This document shows, piece after piece, positions 25,265 through 34,921 of a stretch of 63,492 nt of DNA (position 1 is the first letter of the stretch; the number at the start of each line of letters is the position of its first letter). The DNA is from an uncultured Clostridia bacterium (lineage in GTDB: Bacteria; Bacillota; Clostridia; Christensenellales; UBA1242). Where the stretch lies: assembly GCA_937893125.1 (NCBI GenBank), contig CALBHW010000025.1:1-63492 (forward strand), given 5' to 3'. The position numbers were made by a program, and so were the translations under genes. The notes below the pieces were generated by a model that worked only from the letters and a program-made list of their open reading frames with translations, was not told the origin of the DNA and searched no databases.

Positions 25265-27814
25265 ATGAAAAAAATTTTAGCAATCTTTTCTTTTGTTTTA
25301 GTTTTTATACTAGTCACTACGGGATGTTCTAACGACAATAGTGCTCAAGTTAGAATGTCAAGTCAAAAATTATCAAGTGGACTTGACCAAATTATTAGTT
25401 TAACTAACAAACTAGACAACATAGATACAAATAAAATGGATTTAAATTCAATTTTGTCCAATGAAGGCTCGATTGTAAGTTCAACCACGCAAACATCCGC
25501 CTTCAATTTTGACCAAAGCACTCCAAAAAATGCACTGGATGAGCGCCCATTCCTTTTTGCACCACTTTATGATGAAAATAGTCAAGACAGAACACCAATA
25601 GATTTTTCATATATGCAAAAATTTAATGAATGTGCTAATATTGCACCAAATTCACCTTCAATGCAATTCAATGTACCTTCTCCACAAAAATTTAGACAAC
25701 AATGTATAAATTTTAACGCAAAACGTGCCATGAAAATGAATAATGACATAAAGCCATGCTCAGTGTCGACATATAGTCAAAATGAATATTCTTCACTTGC
25801 GACCTTGTCTAATGATTGTAAAAATTTAAATCAAGAATTTGTAACTGCAAAAGCAAATGTTTTGAAAAGTTGTAGCGAGGCGAAAGCAAATTTAAAAAAA
25901 TTAAAAGAAAGTAAAAAAAGCATTCCAGAAAATGACCTTCGCACGCTCACAAGTTACTATGAAGTCGTAAAGGATTGTATTAACAATGTGAAATCATGCA
26001 AAAGTTGTTCAAGCAACCTTAAAAATATAAATCGCAAAAAGAACAATCTTTCAACCAACTCTGGCACTATCAATTCCGAATTGCTACAAGTATATAATAA
26101 ACTTGACGCAAATTGTTGCACACTAAACAACACAATATATTGTGTAAATGAAATCAATTGTTTCGCTAAAAAGTTAAACGGAGAAAAATGCTCAACAAAC
26201 ATGTCTGTTAACCCTTACATTAGAAACAATAGGTATCTTTCAAGTCTAAATAGTGCAAAAAATAAAGAATTTTATAATTCACAGTCAAAAAATCAAACAA
26301 ATCAACCTTACAATAATCAATTAAAAGCAACAGATCAAAACAAATCAAATATAACAAATTCACCGATAAATAATCAAACAAACACACAAAATCAATCTCA
26401 AAATGATATAAAAAGGTCACTAGAACCTAATTTTGATACAAAATCAGTTACAAATAACATAACGCCTACCAATAATTACACAAAAAGCAATGAAACTACA
26501 AAATACAAAGAACAAAATGGACAAAATTATGTAAATTCTCCAAAAAATAATACTATTTACAATCAAACAGACACTTTAAATCGACCTAATACAAATAATA
26601 ACAGCGCAAAAAACGAATTGATCTTTACTCAAAAAGACTACTCTAATAATGTAACAACAAATAAATTACAAAAAAATGATGAAAACGAGAAAAAAGTGAC
26701 TGAAAATAAGCAAAATGAGTTAGCTACTAACTCAGACAGAAATAATTTCATTAAAAATGCCCAAAAAACAGATGTTAATGAGCAAAATAAAGCCATTTTT
26801 AATACAAATCGATATAAAAATGACGAAAAAACAACAAAAAATGACAATATTTCATCAAAAAGCACTGGTAGTTATAACAATATAACTAATAATATTCAAA
26901 AACAAAAAAATGAAAAAATAGCCAATAATTTTTACTATTCTTCAAATAACAATTCTTTAAACAATGCAAATTCGAATACAAATCCATACACAAAGGATAT
27001 AAAGGATAAAGACAAGTATTTATCCAACCTAAGAAACTACAACTCCAATAATGAAAATGAAAAAACAAATTATAAAAGAAATAACAACACTAATGCTTAC
27101 GACTCTACCCTACACAATCAAACAAACGACCTAAGTAGAAATCAAAAAATCAACTCAACCAATTTCAATAATAATGTCGCAAAAGGCTCGACATTTAATC
27201 AATCTAGCAGTAAATATGTAGAAACAAATAAAAATCAAAATACGACAAATAATTCTTCAAATTTAAACCAAATTTCAAGCACAACTTTCAACACAACTTA
27301 CACTCCTAACATGACTCCTACCCCTACTTACAATAATGGAGTTAACAACAATTCAAATTATGGTTATACAACTTACCCTAATTTGGATCGAACACATCCC
27401 GTCGAAATAGAACGACAAAACGAAGATAAATATGCAACAAATCAAGACGACACAAACAATGATCCAAATACACTAGAAAAGAACAAGGACTATACATCAA
27501 AAATAGAGCCAAACAAAACACAACAAAATGATGTAAAACCAAGTTCATTAAGCCAGTATTCAAACGACAATAAAGCCTTCACTTATTATAAAAACAACAG
27601 TGAGAACAATATTAACAATAATCATTATCAAACGCCACAATATCAATATGAAAACGCTAAAAATGATAATGTAACAAGACAAAATCAAAATAATTCAGGC
27701 ACGCAGTATCACAATGCCCGAAATTTTGCAAGGAATTATGACCCAACAAAAAATTACAGGTCAAGTACAAATCTTTTAGTCAAGCCACAATCTGTCCGTG
27801 CTAATGTCTCATAA
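25265..27814 (+). CDS. Lipoprotein with a Cys-rich N-terminal region and a very long Asn/Thr/Gln/Lys-rich low-complexity region
   Basis: 849 aa. Signal peptide plus lipobox (LVTTG|C). GGGAG RBS. Composition is seen directly in the translation. Confidence 0.7.
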   Translation: MKKILAIFSFVLVFILVTTGCSNDNSAQVRMSSQKLSSGLDQIISLTNKLDNIDTNKMDLNSILSNEGSIVSSTTQTSAFNFDQSTPKNALDERPFLFAPLYDENSQDRTPIDFSYMQKFNECANIAPNSPSMQFNVPSPQKFRQQCINFNAKRAMKMNNDIKPCSVSTYSQNEYSSLATLSNDCKNLNQEFVTAKANVLKSCSEAKANLKKLKESKKSIPENDLRTLTSYYEVVKDCINNVKSCKSCSSNLKNINRKKNNLSTNSGTINSELLQVYNKLDANCCTLNNTIYCVNEINCFAKKLNGEKCSTNMSVNPYIRNNRYLSSLNSAKNKEFYNSQSKNQTNQPYNNQLKATDQNKSNITNSPINNQTNTQNQSQNDIKRSLEPNFDTKSVTNNITPTNNYTKSNETTKYKEQNGQNYVNSPKNNTIYNQTDTLNRPNTNNNSAKNELIFTQKDYSNNVTTNKLQKNDENEKKVTENKQNELATNSDRNNFIKNAQKTDVNEQNKAIFNTNRYKNDEKTTKNDNISSKSTGSYNNITNNIQKQKNEKIANNFYYSSNNNSLNNANSNTNPYTKDIKDKDKYLSNLRNYNSNNENEKTNYKRNNNTNAYDSTLHNQTNDLSRNQKINSTNFNNNVAKGSTFNQSSSKYVETNKNQNTTNNSSNLNQISSTTFNTTYTPNMTPTPTYNNGVNNNSNYGYTTYPNLDRTHPVEIERQNEDKYATNQDDTNNDPNTLEKNKDYTSKIEPNKTQQNDVKPSSLSQYSNDNKAFTYYKNNSENNINNNHYQTPQYQYENAKNDNVTRQNQNNSGTQYHNARNFARNYDPTKNYRSSTNLLVKPQSVRANVS

Positions 27815-27858
27815 ATAAAAGTTATAAAATGCAATAATTTTTTGTGTATTTTAATAAA

Positions 27859-27889
27859 AAATCCCACCTTTTTAGGTGGGATTACTTTT
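27859..27889. terminator. Bidirectional terminator hairpin between the lipoprotein gene and tRNA-Leu
   Basis: AAAAAATCCCACC-ttttta-GGTGGGATT followed by a T-run. Confidence 0.6.
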
Positions 27890-27975
27890 TGGTACCGAAG
27901 GAGGGACTCGAACCCTCATGTAGTTGCCTACGCAAGATTTTGAGTCTTGTGCGTCTACCATTCCGCCACTTCGGC
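27890..27975 (-). tRNA. tRNA-Leu (anticodon CAA)
   Basis: Hand-folded: acceptor GCCGAAG/CTTCGGT (G1.U72), anticodon loop CUCAAAA, long variable arm, T-arm GAGGG-TTCGAGT-CCCTC, encoded CCA. 86 nt. Confidence 0.85.
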
Positions 27976-28321
27976 TTACGCTGTCTAAAAGCATTTTCAT
28001 AACGCGTTGAAAAATTGCTAATGCTGTAAAAAATACTTTAAGCTTCAAACTTGAGTAGCCAGTTATCTTTGCTTATAAATTTTTCCCTATTTGACTTCTA
28101 ACAACCCAAATTACAAGAAGTAGTTTAGCATATATTTTTTATTTTTGCAATAAATTTATCAAACTTTTTTTATTTTTTTCTATTTTTTCCGAATATTCTC
28201 GCATTTTCTTTTTTTAAGTATAAATATTTGCTTGATTATTTATTTTAAGAGATAAGACATAATAAACAGTCAATTTTTTTAAATAAAACGTTTTTTTATT
28301 AAAAAGTTTATCAATAGTCGA

Positions 28322-29068
28322 TTAAAACATTCCGCCGTCAACAGCAATAATTTGCCCTGTTATATAATCTGATTCTTTTGAAATCAAAAATAAAACTAAA
28401 TTTGCAACATCTTCGGGCGTCCCTATACGATTTTTTAAAATTCTTTTTGCTTCAAGTTCAGCAACGTCAGGCGTCAAAACATCCTTATTCATATCTGTGT
28501 CAATCCAGCCTGGAGCGACCGCATTTACGTTAACATATGGTGCAAGTTCAATCGCAAAATTTTTAGTTAAAGAATTTAGCGCAGATTTTGATGCATCATA
28601 ATCAATTGTAGTTGGGTAAAATCCATTTATTGAGTTGTTAGATGAAACATTCACAATTTTCCCAAATTGATTTTCTTTCATTTTTGCACCCAAAATTTTG
28701 GTTAATTGGTAGACGCCAAATAGATTTGTTTGAAAAGTTTTTTCAAAACATCCGACCGTTCGGTCGCACAATTCCATATCACAACAAATCCCTGCGTTAT
28801 TCACAAGTATATCAATTTTATTAAAATTCGAACAAGCAGTCGAAACCAAACGGTCAACATCATTTTTATTGCCAATGTCAGCTTGAATTGCAAGCGCTTT
28901 AATGTTGTATTTTTGTTGCAAATCAAAACACAATTGCTCCGCAATTTTCTTCGATTTGTTGTAATTTACTATAACATTTGCCCCACTCCTAGCAAGTTGG
29001 ATTGCAATTTGCCTTCCAATCCCACGGCTAGCCCCAGTCACAAGTGCATTAAGACCTTTCAAATTCAT
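28322..29068 (-). CDS. SDR-family oxidoreductase (FabG-like 3-oxoacyl reductase)
   Basis: TGASRGIG Rossmann motif, NNAG, and YDASK (Y-x-x-x-K). GTG at 29074 is an alternative start. Confidence 0.85.
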   Translation of the reverse strand: MNLKGLNALVTGASRGIGRQIAIQLARSGANVIVNYNKSKKIAEQLCFDLQQKYNIKALAIQADIGNKNDVDRLVSTACSNFNKIDILVNNAGICCDMELCDRTVGCFEKTFQTNLFGVYQLTKILGAKMKENQFGKIVNVSSNNSINGFYPTTIDYDASKSALNSLTKNFAIELAPYVNVNAVAPGWIDTDMNKDVLTPDVAELEAKRILKNRIGTPEDVANLVLFLISKESDYITGQIIAVDGGMF

Positions 29069-29747
29069 TTCCACGCAACTTCTCCATCACACAATTATAA
29101 ACATCTTCACTAATTTCCGCTTTTGTTCTTATTTTTTCATTCCTAACACAATCAATTGTTTTATAACCAAATCTTTTTGCTAAATAAAGGTATGTTTCTT
29201 CCGAGCGTTCCAAATATTCAAAATCGTTTTCGTGTTGGTCTCCTGTTTCATTTCTTGACATTTTTAACTCTCGAGAATATTTGGCTGGCATATGAAGAAA
29301 AACTATTTGGTTAGGTCTTGGAAGTTTTAGAAATTTGTACTCCAAGTTTTCAATCCAATCAACCATTTTGTTGCGTTCAAATTTATTTTTAAACTTGCCT
29401 GCTTGATGCGCCATATTACTTTCGACATACCTATCAAGAACCACAGTGTAACCTTCATCAAGTTTTTCGTAAACTTTATGAATATTATATAGTCTATCGG
29501 CAGTAAAGTAAAGTGATGCAACTTTTGGGTCAACATGGCTTGCCCCTTCTTGAAAGTAACCTTCACCAAACTTCTCTTTTCCAAGATAAGGTCCTGCGAC
29601 AATACGCCCCGTTGGGCTGTCATACATCGGAAAGCTCAGTCTAACTGCCTTTATTCCGTCACTATTCAACCTGTCAACAAGCATTTCCGTCTGTGTTTGT
29701 TTGCCCGAACAATCTGTACCTTCAACTAAAATGATTTGATTTTGCAT
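29049..29747 (-). CDS. Thymidylate kinase-family (dTMP kinase-like) protein
   Basis: P-loop EGTDCSGKQTQ. The start is placed at the ATG at 29747, which has a GGAGGG RBS; the ORF-track N-terminal extension lacks one. Confidence 0.7.
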   Translation of the reverse strand: MQNQIILVEGTDCSGKQTQTEMLVDRLNSDGIKAVRLSFPMYDSPTGRIVAGPYLGKEKFGEGYFQEGASHVDPKVASLYFTADRLYNIHKVYEKLDEGYTVVLDRYVESNMAHQAGKFKNKFERNKMVDWIENLEYKFLKLPRPNQIVFLHMPAKYSRELKMSRNETGDQHENDFEYLERSEETYLYLAKRFGYKTIDCVRNEKIRTKAEISEDVYNCVMEKLRGNEFERS

Positions 29748-29812
29748 AGAACCCTCCAAAATTAAACTCAAAAAAAGGACCACCAAAGCAGTCCTTTTTA
29801 ACAAACATTTAA

Positions 29813-30010
29813 TTAGCCCCTTTTCACTTCGCTACTTTTCAAGCACTTTGTGCAAACATATTTTTTTGTTGGGGTTGTTCCTTCAAGCACAGTAACCTTT
29901 TGAACATTTGCTTTTTTATGTGTCAAAGTTCTTCTTGTCATTTTAGAACTTCTATAACTCAAATTGCTGGCTCTCATTTGGTCCTTGCCACAAATCTCAC
30001 ATTTTGCCAT
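29813..30010 (-). CDS. rpmB: 50S ribosomal protein L28
   Basis: 65 aa: MAKCEICGK...VCTKCLKS. Confidence 0.9.
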   Translation of the reverse strand: MAKCEICGKDQMRASNLSYRSSKMTRRTLTHKKANVQKVTVLEGTTPTKKYVCTKCLKSSEVKRG

Positions 30011-30493
30011 TTCTCATTTCTCCTTAAATATTCTACTTTGCTATTATACACAACTAAAAAAAAATGTCAACAAAAAGATAAATAATTTCAAAAAATTGTC
30101 ATTTTTCATTTGCAACGCACTTTATATTTAAGTTTTCTTTTATATTATAGAACCCGTCATAATTTTTTATTTATATTCATAAAAATTGCTAGTTTACTTT
30201 ATTAAAAAATATTATTAACTGCAAAATAGGACTTTTTCAATGATTTTTCCCTTTATTATCACAAATGCCCCTGTTCAAATTTTAAACATTTCAATAATTA
30301 TCGAAAAATATGTTTACAAAAAAATAAAAAACTGATACAATATTTTTTGGTTGAATGGTTCACAAATTTTGCGAGTTTAAAAATCAACTTGCTAATCAAA
30401 ATAACCTTTGCTCGTTTATGTTAACAAGAAAAAGTTATTATTTTAAACAAAATAGCCATCCAACAACACCAATGTCAAAAAAATGAATCATAT

Positions 30494-30569
30494 GCTACTG
30501 TGGCTCAGTTGGTAGAGCAATTGATTCGTAATCAATAGGTCGGCGGTTCGAGTCCGCCCAGTAGCTCCA
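30494..30569 (+). tRNA. tRNA-Thr (anticodon CGU)
   Basis: Hand-folded: acceptor GCTACTG/CAGTAGC, D-arm GCTC-AGTTGGTA-GAGC, anticodon loop TTCGTAA, T-arm GGCGG-TTCGAGT-CCGCC, encoded CCA. 76 nt. Confidence 0.9.
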
Positions 30570-30782
30570 ATATAAAAAACCTTCTTATGTGGTTATCACA
30601 TTTGAAGGCTTTTTTATTTACAACAAATTGTATTTTAATAATAGTATTTTACTTTTTTAATCACACAACACTCAAACAATATGTTTATACAGTTAAGCTA
30701 AATGTTAAACACTACTAAGTTAAACATCTTTTGAGTAAGTATTCACATTTTTATAGACAAAAAGTTAAAACACAATTTTAAT

Positions 30783-31955
30783 CTATTCTTCTTGCAAATT
30801 TTCCTTTATTTCAACCTTACCGTCTTTTTGACCTTTCACATAATCAGCACTTGCAACTGTCTCTGCATAAGCATCATCTCTTGATTTTAATTTCATTATT
30901 TCAGGTTCTTCTTGCAATGCTTTAAGTGACAACGAAACTTTGTTGCTTTCTGGATCAATTTCAATAATTTTAAAATTCATTTTTTGACCGACTTTTGCAA
31001 CTTCGTAGACATTTCTAATGTAGAAATGAGACGCTTCTTTAACATGCAACAATCCTTCAAGCCCGTCGCCAAAAGCAACAATCGCGCCAAAGGGCAAAAT
31101 CTTTTTAACTTCCCCGTTTACAACGTCGCCGACTTTATAGGCTTTAAGTTTTTCAACAATTGGATTTACCTGAAGTGCTTTATAACTAAGTGAAACTTTC
31201 TTGTTTTCCTTGTCAAGTTTTATAACTTTAAAATCATATGACTTGTCAAGTTCCAAAACATCGCTCGCCTTCTTATTTTTCTCGTAACTAACTTCGCTAT
31301 TATGACACAAGCAGTCCACTCCGCCAACATTTACAAATGCGCCAAAATCAGTAAATCTAATGACCTTTCCCGTGACAACCTTATTCTCGTAAATTGAAGA
31401 GAAAAACGCTTCTTCGGCAGACAGTTTTTCATGCTCTTCATACGCTCTAATTGAAGCAACAATTTTATGTCTAATAAGGTCAATTTCAAGAACGATTGCC
31501 TTAAATTGTTTGTTTACATAATTTTGCAAATTATTGTCAATTCTTCCATATGAAATTTGGCTATACGGAATAAAAACTTCAAAAGTACCAAGTTTCGACA
31601 CAAGCCCCGCTTTTGTTGCGGAAGTAATTATAAGTTCTGTTTCATTGCCAACCGCTAATGTGTTTGCAATTTCATTGCCTATCCTTAAATCATCCGCTTT
31701 TTGTTTTGACAAAACGACTGCCCCACTTTCATCTTTTGTGTTGACAATTATCGCTTCAAAACTATCACCTATATTTACATCTTGAATTGCTTTATTTTCT
31801 TCGTCACAAAAAGGAATCAACCCGTCTTTTTTCCCGCCAATATTAACAAGCAAGCCACTTTTAAGTTTAGCAACAACGGTCGCATTCACTTTTGCGCCGA
31901 CTTTAAACCTTGTAAACGTTTTATCTATACTATCTAAATCAAATTTCTCGTCCAT
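30783..31955 (-). CDS. S1 RNA-binding domain protein (ribosomal protein S1-like, four S1 repeats)
   Basis: 390 aa with repeated S1 OB-fold modules (G..V.G.V...GA.V). Confidence 0.85.
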   Translation of the reverse strand: MDEKFDLDSIDKTFTRFKVGAKVNATVVAKLKSGLLVNIGGKKDGLIPFCDEENKAIQDVNIGDSFEAIIVNTKDESGAVVLSKQKADDLRIGNEIANTLAVGNETELIITSATKAGLVSKLGTFEVFIPYSQISYGRIDNNLQNYVNKQFKAIVLEIDLIRHKIVASIRAYEEHEKLSAEEAFFSSIYENKVVTGKVIRFTDFGAFVNVGGVDCLCHNSEVSYEKNKKASDVLELDKSYDFKVIKLDKENKKVSLSYKALQVNPIVEKLKAYKVGDVVNGEVKKILPFGAIVAFGDGLEGLLHVKEASHFYIRNVYEVAKVGQKMNFKIIEIDPESNKVSLSLKALQEEPEIMKLKSRDDAYAETVASADYVKGQKDGKVEIKENLQEE

Positions 31956-32071
31956 TAAAAATTTCTCCTAACTTTGGTTATTATATCAAAAATATAAAAA
32001 AATAAAAACAATTTTACACTGTTTTTACTTTTTTTGTAAATTTATAGGCTAAAACAATTAAAACTATGTTA

Positions 32072-32746
32072 TTAACTTCTAATATCTTTAACTTTTTTTG
32101 TACGTTTTTCGCGTTTTAGTTTTTTTATAAGTGCTTTTTCTGCCAAATAATTTTGATAATTTGTATTAAGTTCAACAATTTTGTCACGCAATTCAGTCTC
32201 CGCTTGCAAAAGAGTTTCCTTATCAAGCCTTTTATCATAGTAATCAGTGAACTCAAAAGGTTTACCAACTAAAACTACGTTTTTTCTAAAAAAACGATGC
32301 TTTTTAACAACAAAACAAGGAATGACAGGTGTTCTCGTTTTAATAGCAAAAAAACACGCTCCACCCTTTACTTCATCGTCTTTTTTAAGTCCATCTCGGC
32401 GAGTTCCTTCGGGAAAAATTCCCAAATTTTGATTGCTTTTTATCACTTGACAAATTTCTTTAACTTGCGCAATTGAGAGCCCTTTTTCTCTGTCAATTGC
32501 AATTCCACCAAAAACATTCTTCATAAAAAAGCGTCTAAATCCTGTCGTAAATAATTCTTTCTTTGCCAAATATCTGTTTCTACTTCTAAAAACATAATCA
32601 TATAAAATAGGGTCAAAGTTGCTCTTGTGGTTGCTAACTATAATATATTTTTTACCCCGTTCAATGTTGTTTTTCCCATAAAGTTTGTATGGTGCAAAAA
32701 TATGGAAAGGTAGCCAAAAAAGCACATAACAAATCCAAAATATCAT
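32072..32746 (-). CDS. plsC: 1-acyl-sn-glycerol-3-phosphate acyltransferase
   Basis: NHKSNFDP (HxxxxD) and FPEGTR motifs. The ATG at 32746 has a GAGGGGGAAG RBS. Confidence 0.85.
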   Translation of the reverse strand: MIFWICYVLFWLPFHIFAPYKLYGKNNIERGKKYIIVSNHKSNFDPILYDYVFRSRNRYLAKKELFTTGFRRFFMKNVFGGIAIDREKGLSIAQVKEICQVIKSNQNLGIFPEGTRRDGLKKDDEVKGGACFFAIKTRTPVIPCFVVKKHRFFRKNVVLVGKPFEFTDYYDKRLDKETLLQAETELRDKIVELNTNYQNYLAEKALIKKLKREKRTKKVKDIRS

Positions 32747-32747
32747 A

Positions 32748-33980
32748 CTAATCTTCCCCCTCAATTCCCGCCAAATGTTGCCCGCACGCGTGCCCCGTTG
32801 CGAGTGCGATTTGAATATTAAAACCGCCCGTTAATGCGTCCACATCTAAAACTTCTCCAACAAAAAATAAATTTTTGTTTAATTTACTTTCCATAGTCTT
32901 AGGGTCAACATCTTTAACCGAGACGCCACCGCTTGTAACGATTGCATAATCAATTTTATCAAGCGAATTAACTGTAAAATTTATTGCTTTTAAGGTTTTT
33001 ATAATTGTGTTTCTTTGAGCCTTTGTTATATCGCAAAGCGGTTCATCTAAAGGCAAATTTGCTTTTTCTAAAAATGTTTTAATAAGAGACGATGGCATAA
33101 GCTCTTTCAAATAATTCTTCAAAGTCTTACTTTTGCTAGTCTCAAAATCACGCAACAACCTATTTTCAAGTTGTTTTTCGTCAAGAGCAGGTTTTAAATC
33201 AATAGAAATAGTCACGCCGTGCAAATCGAATTTGTTTACAAGACTACTCAATGTCAAAATAATAGGGCCACTGAGTCCATTATGTGTAAAAAGCATTTCT
33301 CCAAATTGCGAGTATTTTTTACCCGCCAGTTTTATTGAAACTGAAACATTTTTGAGTGAAAAACCCGCCAGTTCCCCATTGTAATCTTGAAGCAAAATGG
33401 GACAAAGCGCGGGTTTTGGTTCAACAACCAAATGTGAAAAACTGTTTGCTATTTTATAACCGTCACCAGTTGAACCTGTCATCGGATAAGATTTTCCGCC
33501 AGTTGCAATGACAAGCGCGTCACATAACATCTTTTCCTTATCCAAACAAACCACATATTTTTTGCCATCAAAATAGGCATTTTTTACATTACTATTTAAA
33601 ATTATTTCAACATTTTGTTTTTTTAACAACTTTTGAAAGGTTTTAATAACATCACTAGATTTTTCACTCGCTGGGAATACTCTATTTCCACGCTCTATCA
33701 TGGTTTTTAAACCATTATTGTTAAAAAAATCTATTGTGTCTTGTGGCGTAAAACTTGACAATGAAGAATAAAGAAATTTAGAATTATTTACAACATTTTT
33801 TAAAAAGTCTTCTCTGCTACAAAGATTAGTTATATTACAACGCCCCTTGCCCGTAATAAATAATTTTTTACCAATTTTTTCATTTTTATCAAGCAAAACA
33901 ATATGATTATTTTTGTTTTGGCTCGCCATATATGCGCACATTAGTCCTGCTGGACCCGCTCCAATTATCACTATCTTCAT
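32748..33980 (-). CDS. FAD-dependent flavoprotein, BaiN/HI0933 (YhiN) family
   Basis: 410 aa. N-terminal IIGAGPAGLMCA dinucleotide-binding motif and family-typical length. Confidence 0.8.
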   Translation of the reverse strand: MKIVIIGAGPAGLMCAYMASQNKNNHIVLLDKNEKIGKKLFITGKGRCNITNLCSREDFLKNVVNNSKFLYSSLSSFTPQDTIDFFNNNGLKTMIERGNRVFPASEKSSDVIKTFQKLLKKQNVEIILNSNVKNAYFDGKKYVVCLDKEKMLCDALVIATGGKSYPMTGSTGDGYKIANSFSHLVVEPKPALCPILLQDYNGELAGFSLKNVSVSIKLAGKKYSQFGEMLFTHNGLSGPIILTLSSLVNKFDLHGVTISIDLKPALDEKQLENRLLRDFETSKSKTLKNYLKELMPSSLIKTFLEKANLPLDEPLCDITKAQRNTIIKTLKAINFTVNSLDKIDYAIVTSGGVSVKDVDPKTMESKLNKNLFFVGEVLDVDALTGGFNIQIALATGHACGQHLAGIEGED

Positions 33981-34110
33981 ACAAATTATTTTATATCATA
34001 TATTAAAAAATGTAAAGAAATACAACTAATTTCGTTAAAAAGCGTAAGTGTTAACCTTAACGCGTGACATTTCTTGCAAAATTTTGCTTTATACAAAATT
34101 TTGCACAGCG

Positions 34111-34166
34111 CCCCCTTTTTAAGGGGGCGCAAAAAGTGCGTGAGAAAATCTCGCGCACTTTTAAAT
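34111..34166 (-). terminator. Tandem terminator hairpins after the pseudouridine synthase gene
   Basis: On the minus strand: AAAAGTGCGCGAG-attttc-TCACGCACTTTTT, then GCGCCCCCTT-aaaa-AGGGGGCGC. Confidence 0.6.
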
Positions 34167-34203
34167 GTCACGCCCACCTTTAAAACGCAACAACCATATT
34201 TTT

Positions 34204-34920
34204 TTATTCCACTTCAAATTGTTTAAGCATTTCAACTTCAAAAGGTTTTAAAGGTCTTATTTCTCCCCTTTTTAATCCCCCAAGTTTAACGCCAGCCATT
34301 TCAACTCTTTTAAGAAAAATGACATCACGCCCAATCGCTTGAAACATTCTCCTAATTTCTCTATTTTTCCCCTCGTCAAGTACAATCTCCATTTTTGAAA
34401 TGTTATTTTCAAATTTAACCAATTTGACTTTACATTTGTTGTATCTAACCCCGTCCACAACAACTCCCGCACGAAGAACGGCGAGTTCACTTTCTTTCAT
34501 TTCCCCTTCAACTTTAACAACATATTTTTTAGGCACAGCATATCTTGGGTGCGTCAAATGATTTGTCAATTCGCCGTCGTTAGTCAAAAGGAGCAACCCT
34601 TCACTATCATAGTCAAGTCGCCCCACAGGAAAAACTCTTTTGTCTAAATCGCCTAAAAGGTCAACAATAGATTTTCTATTCCTATCATCGCTCATAGTAG
34701 TTACATAACCCTTAGGTTTATTTAGCATGTAATATACTTTTTCTTCTTGCAAAGATATTTCTTGGTCGTTTAAAAAAACCTTGTCTTTTTTCTCGTCAAT
34801 ATCGGTTGCGAGCGAAGTGCATACTTCGCCATTTACCTTAATAAATCCATTTTTTATAAATTCTTCCGCTTTTCTTCTTGAGCAAACACCACAAGAAGCA
34901 ATGTATTTGTTAATTCTCAT
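34204..34920 (-). CDS. Pseudouridine synthase, RsuA/RluB family (S4 domain plus catalytic domain)
   Basis: 238 aa with an N-terminal S4 domain (MRINKYIASCGVCSRRKAE) and the catalytic GRLDYDSEGLLLLTNDG motif. Confidence 0.88.
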   Translation of the reverse strand: MRINKYIASCGVCSRRKAEEFIKNGFIKVNGEVCTSLATDIDEKKDKVFLNDQEISLQEEKVYYMLNKPKGYVTTMSDDRNRKSIVDLLGDLDKRVFPVGRLDYDSEGLLLLTNDGELTNHLTHPRYAVPKKYVVKVEGEMKESELAVLRAGVVVDGVRYNKCKVKLVKFENNISKMEIVLDEGKNREIRRMFQAIGRDVIFLKRVEMAGVKLGGLKRGEIRPLKPFEVEMLKQFEVE

Positions 34921-34921
34921 T

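Noticed and set aside
33986-34177. The 63-aa minus-strand ORF downstream of the pseudouridine synthase gene
   Set aside because: It spans the two terminator hairpins (34111-34166), so it is most likely non-coding.
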